This document shows positions 1-9,393 of a stretch of 64,000 nt of DNA, one piece after another; position 1 is the first letter of the stretch; each line of letters begins with the position of its first letter. Source of the DNA: Hydrurus foetidus (lineage: Eukaryota); assembly GCA_900617105.1 (NCBI GenBank), contig UYFQ01000023.1:620001-684000 (forward strand), written 5' to 3'. The position numbers and the translations under genes were made by a program. Under the pieces are notes generated by a model. It worked only from the letters and a program-made list of their open reading frames with translations, had not been told where the DNA came from and made no database searches.

Positions 1-71
1 TGTTTGGCTCATAGCAAGATACCTTGCTCTTGGGCGACGAGGTGAATCGGGTGAGTGCCAAATGTTCTGGC

Positions 72-153
72 TACACCGCCATTTACACCGCCATTTACAC
101 CGCCATTTTTTCCCTCACTTACTCCCTCACTTACTCCCTCATTTACTCCCTCA
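72..153. repeat. 12-bp tandem repeats (TACACCGCCATT x3, then TCCCTCACTTAC-like x3-4)
   Basis: Read directly; encodes GGVN/EGVS repeats on the minus strand. Confidence 0.9.
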
Positions 154-307
154 CGCAGAACGAACGCCACCGAGCAACGGGTGGCTTTGTCGAATGAGGC
201 TTTGAACTCAAGCGTCTGCGGTTCGCCCTGACGGATGAGGTCAAACAAAGGGTTATTTGGCATGGGATGGGCTGGGAATTTGGACGCCTGCCAATGTTCG
301 TTAACAA

Positions 308-369
308 TTTTCTCCGAACTTTTCTCCGAACTTTTCTCCGAACTTATCTCCGTACTTTTCTCCGAACTT
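308..369. repeat. 12-bp tandem repeat TTTTCTCCGAAC x5 (one degenerate)
   Basis: Read directly; encodes SSEK repeats on the minus strand. Confidence 0.9.
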
Positions 370-523
370 TGTGCATTCGCAGGTGCGCGGCAGGCACGGT
401 CTTTTTCAGCCGTGGACTTTTTCAGTTCCAAGGTCTGAGATTCGCCAGTGGCTGCGAGTGCGATGAGGTCTGCGAGTTGCAAAGAAGGGGCTTTCTGTGG
501 TGGTGCTTGTGGGGCGCTAGCGC

Positions 524-578
524 TTTACTCCACGCTCACGTTGACTTTGTAGCCGTGCTGCTGGAGCAAGGCACTTTG
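524..578. repeat. 55-bp direct repeat, copy of the gmd 3' end (identical to 1143-1197)
   Basis: TTTACTCCACGCTCACGTTGACTTTGTAGCCGTGCTGCTGGAGCAAGGCACTTTG occurs at both 524-578 and 1143-1197. Confidence 0.95.
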
Positions 579-613
579 ACGCGAAGCAATGGTGATCTGA
601 TTTTTTGACCAGC

Positions 614-880
614 TCATTGCAAGACCCATGTACCTTTGGCTTTGATTTCCTGGTACATCGCATCAGGCGCCAAATCAAGATCGCCGGGCCACGTGACAGC
701 ACCGCCTTCAATGCGTACTTGCTTGAAAACGATAGGGTCTTCAAGGGCCGCGAATACGCCGGTCAGGTGGCTGCGTGCAAACTGCACTTGCCCGACCGTG
801 CCATCGGCAAATTGCACGCGCAACGCAAGGGGTGCAACAGTTTGAACATCAACGACGTCCCATTTCATGGTGTGCCTCAC
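614..880 (-). CDS. DUF2442 family protein (putative antitoxin)
   Basis: 88 aa; L.V.F.DG..G and GAVTWPGDLDLAPDAMY patterns typical of DUF2442; overlaps the stop of the upstream DUF4160 gene. Confidence 0.8.
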   Translation of the reverse strand: MRHTMKWDVVDVQTVAPLALRVQFADGTVGQVQFARSHLTGVFAALEDPIVFKQVRIEGGAVTWPGDLDLAPDAMYQEIKAKGTWVLQ

Positions 881-1137
881 TTTAAAGGTGCAATCGGGTT
901 AGGTTGCTGTTTGTTCATGCAAAGCTGCCAATCATCGAGCAATGCTTGCTGATGCAGTTCAGCCCAATCAAGCACAAGCGCTTGGGCTCGCCGAGGCAAG
1001 GCACCCTCAACAATGAGCAGTGTCTGTATATCGACTGTGGCCTTGTACTCAGCATATTCAGCATGAAAGTGCGGAGGCGCATGGTCGTTAAAAAACATTC
1101 TGATCAGAATGCCATAAAACATGCTTATGGTTGGCAT
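877..1137 (-). CDS. DUF4160 family protein (putative toxin of the DUF4160/DUF2442 pair)
   Basis: MPTISMFYGILIRMFFNDHAPPHFHAEY is the characteristic DUF4160 N-terminus. Confidence 0.85.
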   Translation of the reverse strand: MPTISMFYGILIRMFFNDHAPPHFHAEYAEYKATVDIQTLLIVEGALPRRAQALVLDWAELHQQALLDDWQLCMNKQQPNPIAPLK

Positions 1138-1143
1138 GGGAAT

Positions 1144-2271
1144 TTACTCCACGCTCACGTTGACTTTGTAGCCGTGCTGCTGGAGCAAGGCACTTTGCTT
1201 GGCGTGGGCGAGGTCGTGGGCGACCATTTCGGTGACCATCTCGTCGAGGGTGATTTCGGGCACCCAGCCGAGTTCGGCTTTGGCTTTGGAGGGGTCACCC
1301 AGCAGGGTTTCGACTTCGGTGGGGCGGAAGTAACGGGGGTCTACCTTGACGAGGGTGTCGCCTACCTTGAGCGCGGGTGCGTTGCCGCCGGTGATGGTTT
1401 TCACCACGGCGTGCTCGGTGATGCCTTCGCCTTCAAAGGCGACGGTGACGCCGAGTTGGGCGGCTGCTTTGCGGATGAAATCGCGCACGCTGTACTGCAC
1501 GCCGGTGGCGATCACGAAGTCTTGCGGTTTGTCTTGTTGCAGCATCATCCATTGCATGCGCACGTAGTCTTTGGCGTGACCCCAGTCGCGCAGGGCGTCC
1601 ATGTTGCCCATGTAGAGGCATTTTTCAAGACCCTGGGCGATGTTGGCAAGGCCACGGGTGATTTTGCGGGTGACGAAGGTTTCGCCACGGCGTGGGCTTT
1701 CGTGGTTGAACAAGATGCCGTTGCAGGCGTACATGCCGTAAGCCTCACGGTAGTTCACGGTGATCCAGTAGGCGTAGAGCTTGGCCACGGCGTAGGGGCT
1801 GCGAGGGTAAAACGGGGTGGTTTCGCGCTGGGGGATTTCTTGCACCAGGCCGTAGAGTTCGCTGGTGGAGGCTTGGTAAAAGCGGGTTTTGTGTTGCAGG
1901 CCCAGCAGGCGGATGGCTTCCAGCAGGCGCAGGGTGCCCATGCCATCCACATCGGCGGTGTATTCGGGGGATTCGAATGACACAGCCACATGGCTTTGTG
2001 CGCCCAGGTTGTAGACCTCATCGGGCAAGACTTGGCTCATGATGCGGGTCAAGTTGCTGGTGTCGCTCAGGTCGCCGTAGTGCAGCTTGAAGCGGGAATT
2101 GTCGACGTGGGGGTCTTGGTAGATGTGGTCGATACGGTCGGTATTGAACGAGCTGGCCCGGCGCTTGATGCCGTGGACTTCGTAGCCTTTTTCAAGGAGA
2201 AATTCAGCGAGGTATGAACCATCTTGGCCAGTGATGCCGGTGATGAGGGCTTTTTTAGGGGTGTTGTTCAT
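1144..2271 (-). CDS. gmd: GDP-mannose 4,6-dehydratase
   Basis: [33 protein letters not shown] and ETFVTRKI motifs. Confidence 0.98.
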   Translation of the reverse strand: MNNTPKKALITGITGQDGSYLAEFLLEKGYEVHGIKRRASSFNTDRIDHIYQDPHVDNSRFKLHYGDLSDTSNLTRIMSQVLPDEVYNLGAQSHVAVSFESPEYTADVDGMGTLRLLEAIRLLGLQHKTRFYQASTSELYGLVQEIPQRETTPFYPRSPYAVAKLYAYWITVNYREAYGMYACNGILFNHESPRRGETFVTRKITRGLANIAQGLEKCLYMGNMDALRDWGHAKDYVRMQWMMLQQDKPQDFVIATGVQYSVRDFIRKAAAQLGVTVAFEGEGITEHAVVKTITGGNAPALKVGDTLVKVDPRYFRPTEVETLLGDPSKAKAELGWVPEITLDEMVTEMVAHDLAHAKQSALLQQHGYKVNVSVE

Positions 2272-2313
2272 AAATAGATACCAGTACGGGGAGAGATGTC
2301 AACTGAACAAAAC

Positions 2314-2529
2314 TTAATTCCAGGTTGCTCGCGCAGCGGAGGCATCTTTGGCAAAGGATGTGGCGTTATCTAGCCCACCTGCAAGATTTATCAGGGGTTC
2401 ATCACTTGTTGAGACGGAAGCAACCAGTCGCTTTGCTTGCAGGAATTCAGCGAAATCGAGCACCTCGGCCAGCACAGGGTCGGGGAGGTTGGCCAGGGTT
2501 TCAAAAAGCTTGGAATAGGTGGTACTCAT
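2314..2529 (-). CDS. DUF2281-like small protein (putative orphan antitoxin)
   Basis: ATG at 2529 overlaps the fcl stop; [19 protein letters not shown] pattern. Confidence 0.65.
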   Translation of the reverse strand: MSTTYSKLFETLANLPDPVLAEVLDFAEFLQAKRLVASVSTSDEPLINLAGGLDNATSFAKDASAARATWN

Positions 2530-3581
2530 GGCACGCTTTCCGATAAAAAATCTGCATAGGCTTTGGCAAGGCCGACGTTCAGCGCGGTTTGCGCTTGCCA
2601 GCCCAGGGCGTTGAGGCGGTGGCTGTCCATCCATTTGCGGGGGGCACCGTCGGGCTTGCTGGCGTCAAAGGTGATTTCACCGGGGTAGCCGGTGGCCTGG
2701 GCCACGGCATGGGCCAGCTCGGCGATGGTGACATCGCTGCCGTAGCCTACGTTGATTTGGCTTTGCATGGGACGGGTTTGCGCTTGGTAGGTAGCCAGGG
2801 GCAACTGCATCACGAAGACGCTGGCGGCGGCCATGTCGTCTACGTACAAAAATTCACGCTTGGGGGTGCCGGTGCCCCAGATGGCGACTTGGGGGGTGTT
2901 CGCTGCTTTGGCTTCGTGGAAGCGGCGAATCAGCGCGGGGATGACGTGGCTGTTTTCGGGGTGGTAGTTGTCACCAGGGCCGTAGAGGTTGGTGGGCATC
3001 ACGCTGCGGTAGTCGGTGCCGTGGGTGGCGGCGTATTGCCGGTTGTAGCTTTCGCAGAGTTTGATACCGGCGATTTTGGCGATGGCGTAAGGCTCGTTGG
3101 TGGGCTCCAGGGTGCCGGTGAGCAAGGCGTCTTCAGCCATGGGCTGGGGGGCAAGCCGAGGGTAAATGCAGCTGCTGCCCAAGAACAAGAGTTTGCGCAC
3201 GCCGTGGGTGTGGGCGGCATGGATGACGTTGGCCTGCATCATCAGGTTTTGGTAGATGAAATCAGCGGGGTAGGTGTTGTTGGCATGGATGCCGCCTACC
3301 TTGGCTGCGGCCAAGTACACCTGCATGGGGTTTTCGGTCGCAAAGAAATGCTGCACCGCCTGTTGGTTGCACAAATCTAGCTCAGCATGGGTGCGCACGA
3401 CGATGGCGCTGGCAGGTAAGCCTTGCGCGAGCAGCGTGCGCACGATGGCACTGCCCACCATGCCACGGTGGCCTGCTACGTAGATTTTTTCAATGGATGC
3501 CACGGCTGTATTCAGGTTGAAAGGAGGAAGGGTTAACGAGGGGAGATCAATCTCTTGGATTGTGCGTGAAACTTGTGTCAA
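2526..3581 (-). CDS. fcl: GDP-L-fucose synthase
   Basis: [31 protein letters not shown] and YAIAKIAG motifs; start codon uncertain. Confidence 0.95.
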   Translation of the reverse strand: MTQVSRTIQEIDLPSLTLPPFNLNTAVASIEKIYVAGHRGMVGSAIVRTLLAQGLPASAIVVRTHAELDLCNQQAVQHFFATENPMQVYLAAAKVGGIHANNTYPADFIYQNLMMQANVIHAAHTHGVRKLLFLGSSCIYPRLAPQPMAEDALLTGTLEPTNEPYAIAKIAGIKLCESYNRQYAATHGTDYRSVMPTNLYGPGDNYHPENSHVIPALIRRFHEAKAANTPQVAIWGTGTPKREFLYVDDMAAASVFVMQLPLATYQAQTRPMQSQINVGYGSDVTIAELAHAVAQATGYPGEITFDASKPDGAPRKWMDSHRLNALGWQAQTALNVGLAKAYADFLSESVP

Positions 3582-3609
3582 ATCGAGAAAATGGAACTAC
3601 CGCACAAAA

Positions 3610-4011
3610 TCAAGCCATCAATTCACGCGGCAAGCTTGATATCTTCTTTCGGTACAAGCCTGTCAGTGCAGCACCGGCCATTGCCCCCACCACATCGGCG
3701 CAAAAGTCCTGTATATCGGCGCTGCGCCCTGGTAAAAAATGCTGATGAAGCTCATCCAACGCACCGACACCGGCCGCTAAAAAGACGCTGCAAACAAGCC
3801 AACGCCAAGTAAGTTGCCTGCGACTTAAGGCCAGCAACATGGCGATGACGGCAAAGAGGCTGGCGTGAACCACTTTGTCCCAGGGTTCGGTGAGCAAGCC
3901 GACAGCGATAGGCTGACGACCCAGGTAAAAAAGCCCAGCCACGAGGGTCACGGCGAGTACCAAAGCAAGCTGGGGTAGCCACAGGATCAAACGGTGAACA
4001 CGTTGAGGCAT
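3610..4011 (-). CDS. VanZ family membrane protein
   Basis: DKVVH...F and GALDELHQHFLPGRSADIQDF..D motifs. Confidence 0.85.
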   Translation of the reverse strand: MPQRVHRLILWLPQLALVLAVTLVAGLFYLGRQPIAVGLLTEPWDKVVHASLFAVIAMLLALSRRQLTWRWLVCSVFLAAGVGALDELHQHFLPGRSADIQDFCADVVGAMAGAALTGLYRKKISSLPRELMA

Positions 4012-4184
4012 ACAAACCTTCTTGGTAACGGGTAACGGGTCATTGGAGGGGTCTTAGCACCTGCTCAGTACAAGTCTGGGGTACGCTTCTTAGAATGCAA
4101 AGACGGCGATGCAACTGTTATGCCAATGGCACAGCGGCTGCAAGAGCGATGGAGGCGTGGTTTGGCTTGTTTTTTGAGGCAACT

Positions 4185-4832
4185 ATGAAAAGCGTTTTGC
4201 TGGGTGTGCTGGTGGTTGCAGTGGTTTCTTCTGCTGCGGCCGGGTTGACTGATTTTTCTGCGGGCTTGCAGAGCTGGGCGGGTTCGCGTTACGGGCGCGA
4301 GGCACCTGGACGCTTGCAAATCTGGCAGCGCATGGTGCGTGAGACCAAACCCAGCGATGGTCGGGCTGAACCCAGCGCACAGCTGCGCCGTACCAATGAT
4401 TTTTTCAATCAAATACCCTATTTCAACGACATCAAGCACTGGGGCATGGACGATTACTGGGCCACGCCCGTGGAGATGCTGGCTTCCTTTGGTGGGGATT
4501 GCGAAGACTATTCGATCGGCAAGTACTTGACGCTGAAAGATTTGGGTGTGCCTGTGGAGCGGCTGCGCATCACCTATGTGCGGGCGCTGAAGTTGAACGA
4601 ATCGCACATGGTGCTGGCTTACTACCCCCAGCCGGATGCGGATCCGCTGATTTTGGACAATATGTTCAGCGATATCCGCCCTGCATCGCAGCGCACCGAT
4701 TTGGAGCCGGTCTACAGCTTCAATGACGACGATTTGTGGTTGCCCAGTGGCCCAGCGCGCAAGGGGGGCGCCAGTCAAGTGCGTTTGTGGCGCGATTTGC
4801 TGGAAAAACTGGCCAAAGAACAAAAGATGTAG
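4185..4832 (+). CDS. Periplasmic transglutaminase-like cysteine peptidase (LapG/BTLCP family)
   Basis: Signal peptide; DYWATPVE, GDCEDYSIGKY, HMVLAYY and LILDN motifs (Cys-His-Asp triad). Confidence 0.9.
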   Translation: MKSVLLGVLVVAVVSSAAAGLTDFSAGLQSWAGSRYGREAPGRLQIWQRMVRETKPSDGRAEPSAQLRRTNDFFNQIPYFNDIKHWGMDDYWATPVEMLASFGGDCEDYSIGKYLTLKDLGVPVERLRITYVRALKLNESHMVLAYYPQPDADPLILDNMFSDIRPASQRTDLEPVYSFNDDDLWLPSGPARKGGASQVRLWRDLLEKLAKEQKM

Positions 4833-4860
4833 CGGACAGTTGGGTGCGGTAGGGGCTGCA

Positions 4861-5553
4861 TTATTTGGCATCTGCGACCTCAGAGCGGCCATGCACGCGG
4901 GCCATGCGAACGAGCGCAGGGCGATTTTCTGGCCATGCGTTGGACACCATGGCCAGCAAGGCGGTACGGCGATCCGGTGCCAGCTGCGCCCAGCGTGAAA
5001 AACCAATTTCTGCCACGGTGCGTTGCACGTAAGGCTCACGCTCACCGTACAACAGCGCACGGTCAAAAGCATCCCACAGCACAGTGAGTGAAGGGGATGA
5101 AGATGGCGTTGAAGGCACGCCCTGGGGGGCATCTAACAAATGGCTGGCCAGTGCCACATTGGCCCAGGTGGCACCGGACATGGGTCGAAGCCGCGCAGCC
5201 GTGCGGTAACTGGTCTGCGCTTGCTGCATCAATGGCTGGTACAGCGTGGGCAACTGCACTGCGCTTTGGGCACGAATGGCATAAAGGTAGCCCAGTGCTT
5301 CATGGATTTGAGGGTCTTCAGGCGCTTGGGTCAATGCATCGGCCAAGGTGTTGCGTGCTTTGCCCCAGTCCACAATGGAGGGCAGCGGCACGCTGCCTGA
5401 GCGCCATTGGCCGGTCTGCCAGCGAACCTGCAGCAATTGCACATCGACCCACGCGGCTTGAGCGGCCACCCACACAGCCGACAGGGCACCGGCCACCACC
5501 ATCGCCAGCAACGCCGCACGCAGCACACTGCGCGCCGTGGCCGACGTACTCAT
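4861..5553 (-). CDS. Membrane-anchored TPR-like protein, VpsP-like polysaccharide biosynthesis protein
   Basis: N-terminal TM helix and helical repeats (RP.S...WAN.AL); coupled to the upstream phosphatase; family call tentative. Confidence 0.55.
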   Translation of the reverse strand: MSTSATARSVLRAALLAMVVAGALSAVWVAAQAAWVDVQLLQVRWQTGQWRSGSVPLPSIVDWGKARNTLADALTQAPEDPQIHEALGYLYAIRAQSAVQLPTLYQPLMQQAQTSYRTAARLRPMSGATWANVALASHLLDAPQGVPSTPSSSPSLTVLWDAFDRALLYGEREPYVQRTVAEIGFSRWAQLAPDRRTALLAMVSNAWPENRPALVRMARVHGRSEVADAK

Positions 5554-6284
5554 GCGAGCGACTTGGCGGGCAGACCCAGGATGCTGGCCGCCCTGTCGTT
5601 GACCAACAATTGGGCAGCAGGTGCACCGTAGCGCTTGGTTAAGGCCGTACGCGCCACACCCATCGCAGGAGGGCGTGAACTCAGGTTATGGGCGTCACTG
5701 GCCACCACATGAACCAGATCGTTGTCAAACAGTTGCAGGGCCACTTTTTTAGCGGTATCGCCAAAATCACCCACAATGGAACTGGCCGTGACTTGCAGCC
5801 AGCAGCCCGCATCAACAAAGGGCAGTACACGCCGGTAATCGGCCATGATGGCTTTGTTACGCTCAGGGTGCGCAATCAACGGGCGGATGTTGAGGCTGAG
5901 CAGTTTGTTGATGAACTGCATGGTGCCCAACGGCACGGTTTGGTGCGGGAGCTCCAGCAGCATGATGTGGCAGCCGCCCACATGGCCCAAAAAAGGCACT
6001 TCACCGCTGAGTATTTGCTCCAAAGATTCCATGGAGAGGCGAACTTCTGCGCCCATGGTGATGCGCAAAGGAATACTGTGGTGCTTCAAGGCCGCGCGAA
6101 AAGCCTCGACTTGGAGGCTCAACCGTGATTTGAAGTTTTCATACCGGCCAGGGTGAATATGCGGCGTCATGGTGCAAGCTGTCACCCCGTCAGCGACGGA
6201 GGCTCTGGCCAGTGCGAGGGACTCTTCAAGCGTCTGCGCACCATCGTCAATGCCATGCAAAAAGTGGGTGTGCAGATCAATCAT
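5550..6284 (-). CDS. CpsB/CapC family PHP tyrosine phosphatase
   Basis: MIDLHTH...GIDDGA, TPH, IAHPERN and ASDAH motifs. Confidence 0.92.
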   Translation of the reverse strand: MIDLHTHFLHGIDDGAQTLEESLALARASVADGVTACTMTPHIHPGRYENFKSRLSLQVEAFRAALKHHSIPLRITMGAEVRLSMESLEQILSGEVPFLGHVGGCHIMLLELPHQTVPLGTMQFINKLLSLNIRPLIAHPERNKAIMADYRRVLPFVDAGCWLQVTASSIVGDFGDTAKKVALQLFDNDLVHVVASDAHNLSSRPPAMGVARTALTKRYGAPAAQLLVNDRAASILGLPAKSLA

Positions 6285-6325
6285 GACGGTAAACCGATGA
6301 AGGACAACAAAGAAAACGCAACAAC

Positions 6326-8629
6326 TTAAGCCGCTTTGGGGATCGCGGCTACATCAGGTGCCAGCTCTGGCTGACTGCCATAAGGCTGACCGTAACCACC
6401 TTTGTAACCACTCTTGCCGTAACCGTATTTGCCATAGCCCGAATACTCACCATAGTATTTTTCAGCCTTGGCAAAATCCAATTGATTGAGCACAACACCC
6501 AAAATTTGGCCATTGGCACGGCGAATACGCTGCAAACCTTTACGCGCCAACGGGTAAGGTGTGTCCATGGCTTTCACGACATACAGCACGCCGGTGGTCA
6601 TACCGCTGATCACCAAAGCATCACTGACCAACTCTACAGGCGGTGAATCAATCACCACAATATCAAAGTACGTCGACAGCTGCTGCAAGGCATCTTTGAA
6701 TTTCTGAGAGAGCAGCAATTCCAGTGGATTGGGTGGCAAGGTGCCCGCAGGCAAGATGCTGAGGTGCGAGCCTTCGATGGTGTGAATGCATTCGGCAAGC
6801 GTGCCTGTGCCAGAAACCAAGTTGGACAAGCCTTTGGCGCCAGGTGGCAGGCCCAAGCCTTTGGTCACGGCAGGGCGACGCATGTCAGCATCAATCAACA
6901 GCGTGCGTTTGGTTTGCGAATGGGCAATGGCCAAATTGATGGAGAACGTTGTTTTACCTTCACCAGGCAGGCTTGATGTCACGAGAAGAATACGTTTGGG
7001 CAGATCAATGGCCGATAACAAAACACCCGTTCGTGCTGTGCGTATGGCTTCAGAATACAGCGACGTGGGATTGTCGAGAAACAAACGGGCCGATGAGGTG
7101 CGGTTAATTTCTGCTTTAGACAGCAAAGGCAGCGTGGTCAGCAGAGGATTTTTGAGCTTGCTTTCTACGTCTTCTGTGGTTTTGACGGTGTTGTCCAGCC
7201 GGTCCAAAAGCAAAGATGTCAGCATGCCAATGAACAAGCCCAAGACCAAGGCAATAGAAACGATTTGTGTTTTTTGGGGTTTGACCGGTTTAGAAGGGGT
7301 TACCGCCATATCAACCACCCGAGCGATTGCACTTTGCAAATCACCTGAAACATTGGTTTCTTTGGCACGCTTGATGAACATATCGTACATCTGGCGGTTG
7401 GAATCAGCCTCTCGCTCCAGCACACCTAATTGGTACTCTTTGCGGTTCAAGCCTTGAACGGCGCCTTTGGCAGTGTTCAAGGTGCCTTCTAGCGCACGCT
7501 CTGTGCCACGGGCTACTTCGTATTCACGGGTAACGCTGGACACCACGGTTTCAACTTGGCGGCGCACGTTTTCTTTGGCTGCTTTAACTTCGGCTTCTGC
7601 AGCCACGTAGCGTGGGTGCTCATAGCCATAACGTTGCGACACCTCAGAAAGCTTGCGCTCTGCTTCTGCCTCTTGTTTTTTGGCATCCCCCACCGTGGGG
7701 TTGCGCACCACCGCAGGCAAAGAACTCATGTCTTCACCTTTGCCTGCATTTTTGATTTGGTTAAAAGCATTTTCAGCTTCTGCGCGGCGCAGCTTGGTTT
7801 CAATCAACCGCTGCGTGACTTCTTCGATCTGCTTGCCCGCACCACTTTGCGCGGCACCCTTCAAATCGATAATGCCTGCTTTTTCACGGTAGCCTTGCAA
7901 ACCACGCTCAGATTCATCCAGCTTTGATTTCAACGAAGACAAACGGTCTTGCAGCCAGGTGCTGGCCTGCTTGGTCATCTTGTAGCGGGATTCAAGGTCG
8001 TTTTCGATGTAGGTTGTCGCCAGCGTATTCGCAACCAAGGCCGCCAATTCCGGGCTGGTAGACTCAAAACTGATTTTGGCCAACTGACTTAAGCGAACGG
8101 GCTCGATCGACAGCTGCTTGGTAAATTTGGCATAAACTGATTCAGCCAAAGCGACTTCCGTCCACTCTTTAGGTTGAATTTCATCAGTGACCCCTGCCAA
8201 AGCCAGCCATTCATTCAACTTATCTTCTTTTTTAAGCCGTGGATCAAACTCAGCCTTATCCCAAAGCTTGAGGTGAACGATGGTTTTCATCGCTACTTCA
8301 CGCGATTTTATAATTTCAACTTGCGTTTGAAAATATTCACGGTTGGATGAAATTCCAGAATACACATCCTCAATGGACAGCACTTTGGATTTGTTTGATT
8401 CAATCAAAATGGTTGTCGTTGCCCGGTAAACAGGTGTCATTGCAAAAACAATAACGCCAACGAGCAAGGCCACGAGCAAGCCAAAAAACAGGATTGCCCA
8501 TTTGCGCTTGGTAATACTGCGCCAATATTCAACAAGATCCAATTTAACCTCATGGTCATCTGAATCATGCAGAAAAATTTGCTTAGGTTTCAAGGATTGG
8601 TCAGTGACCGATTCCGCTGCTGCTTGCAT
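6326..8629 (-). CDS. wzc: Polysaccharide co-polymerase / BY-kinase (Wzc family)
   Basis: Two TM segments, coiled-coil periplasmic region, Walker A PGEGKT, LIDADMR, VIDSPP and a C-terminal Tyr cluster; probable start 8629. Confidence 0.92.
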   Translation of the reverse strand: MQAAAESVTDQSLKPKQIFLHDSDDHEVKLDLVEYWRSITKRKWAILFFGLLVALLVGVIVFAMTPVYRATTTILIESNKSKVLSIEDVYSGISSNREYFQTQVEIIKSREVAMKTIVHLKLWDKAEFDPRLKKEDKLNEWLALAGVTDEIQPKEWTEVALAESVYAKFTKQLSIEPVRLSQLAKISFESTSPELAALVANTLATTYIENDLESRYKMTKQASTWLQDRLSSLKSKLDESERGLQGYREKAGIIDLKGAAQSGAGKQIEEVTQRLIETKLRRAEAENAFNQIKNAGKGEDMSSLPAVVRNPTVGDAKKQEAEAERKLSEVSQRYGYEHPRYVAAEAEVKAAKENVRRQVETVVSSVTREYEVARGTERALEGTLNTAKGAVQGLNRKEYQLGVLEREADSNRQMYDMFIKRAKETNVSGDLQSAIARVVDMAVTPSKPVKPQKTQIVSIALVLGLFIGMLTSLLLDRLDNTVKTTEDVESKLKNPLLTTLPLLSKAEINRTSSARLFLDNPTSLYSEAIRTARTGVLLSAIDLPKRILLVTSSLPGEGKTTFSINLAIAHSQTKRTLLIDADMRRPAVTKGLGLPPGAKGLSNLVSGTGTLAECIHTIEGSHLSILPAGTLPPNPLELLLSQKFKDALQQLSTYFDIVVIDSPPVELVSDALVISGMTTGVLYVVKAMDTPYPLARKGLQRIRRANGQILGVVLNQLDFAKAEKYYGEYSGYGKYGYGKSGYKGGYGQPYGSQPELAPDVAAIPKAA

Positions 8630-8677
8630 GGATAAATTGTGAGTTATGAGAGGGAATAGCCGTTTAAAAGGCAATAA

Positions 8678-8717
8678 AAATTCAAGAAATTTAAAATATT
8701 TTAAATTTCTTGAATTT
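8678..8717. repeat. Perfect 40-bp AT-rich palindrome
   Basis: AAATTCAAGAAATTTAAAAT|ATTTTAAATTTCTTGAATTT is its own reverse complement. Confidence 0.95.
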
Positions 8718-8731
8718 CAGTGGCAATAGTA

Positions 8732-9355
8732 TTAGAAAAAGCTTTCTTCTACAGTAACAATATCACCAGGGCCCACTGTTGAGTTCAAATCTACTTTTTG
8801 TGGCGTTTGTGATGCATCATTTTCACGAATAATGAAAATCTTAGTCAGCGATGCACGCTCTTTAAAACCACCGGCCAACGATGCAGCCTTACGAACTGTT
8901 AATCCTGGCTGAAATGGATATCCACCCGGTTTATCTACCATGCCATTGACGTAAAAAGGTCTGTACTCTTCAATTTGAACAGATACACGGGGATTGACTA
9001 AAATCCGCCCCTTCAAACCAGCAACGATAATGGCTTCAATATCTCCAATAGTTTTACCCAGTACTTTTATTTCACCAATAGCAGGAAAAGAAACTGTGCC
9101 TGCATCATTCAATCTTATTTTTTCTTTGGTGAAATCATCTTCACCAAATACTCGAATGGAAATCACATCACCGGCTGATAATTTGTAAGATGAAACAGCC
9201 GATGATCTGCTCTCAAAAGAAGGTGGCGCTTTAGATCCGGCTCCCAAAGAATCAAGGGAGTTTTGACCCACAACCAAGCCAGGAGCCATCAACAAGCTGC
9301 AAATGAGCAAGCATTTTTTGCAGAAGTCTAATGCTTCTGAACCACCATTCACCAT
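8732..9355 (-). CDS. Polysaccharide export protein (Poly_export + SLBB, short Wza/VpsN-like)
   Basis: YKLSAGDVISIRVFGE, G.V.KPG.Y and GDIVTVEESFF motifs. Confidence 0.9.
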   Translation of the reverse strand: MVNGGSEALDFCKKCLLICSLLMAPGLVVGQNSLDSLGAGSKAPPSFESRSSAVSSYKLSAGDVISIRVFGEDDFTKEKIRLNDAGTVSFPAIGEIKVLGKTIGDIEAIIVAGLKGRILVNPRVSVQIEEYRPFYVNGMVDKPGGYPFQPGLTVRKAASLAGGFKERASLTKIFIIRENDASQTPQKVDLNSTVGPGDIVTVEESFF

Positions 9356-9393
9356 TCAAATACCTCTTAATTTATAAAACTTATACAAAAGAA

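Larger units (their letters stand above)
9..482 (-). pseudogene. Two fused relics of AlbA/Schlafen-domain (RecG-like 'putative DNA-binding domain') genes
   Basis: Two AlbA-like N-termini (GESQTLELKKS; GEPQTLEFKASFDK, second ATG at 263). Each is followed within a few codons by the low-complexity linker (SEKSSEK; GVNEGVSEG/GGVN) usually found near the C-terminus of such proteins; the central domains are absent. Confidence 0.6.

Noticed and set aside
72..369. Short tandem repeats as a possible CRISPR array
   Set aside because: The 12-bp units are contiguous with no unique spacers, and there are no cas genes in the window.
904..1980. Long antisense ORFs (e.g. 904-1980, 4065-5132, 32689-33825, 46365-47498, 59623-60600)
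   Set aside because: They shadow well-supported genes on the opposite strand, as expected from GC-rich codon bias, and contain no recognisable motifs.
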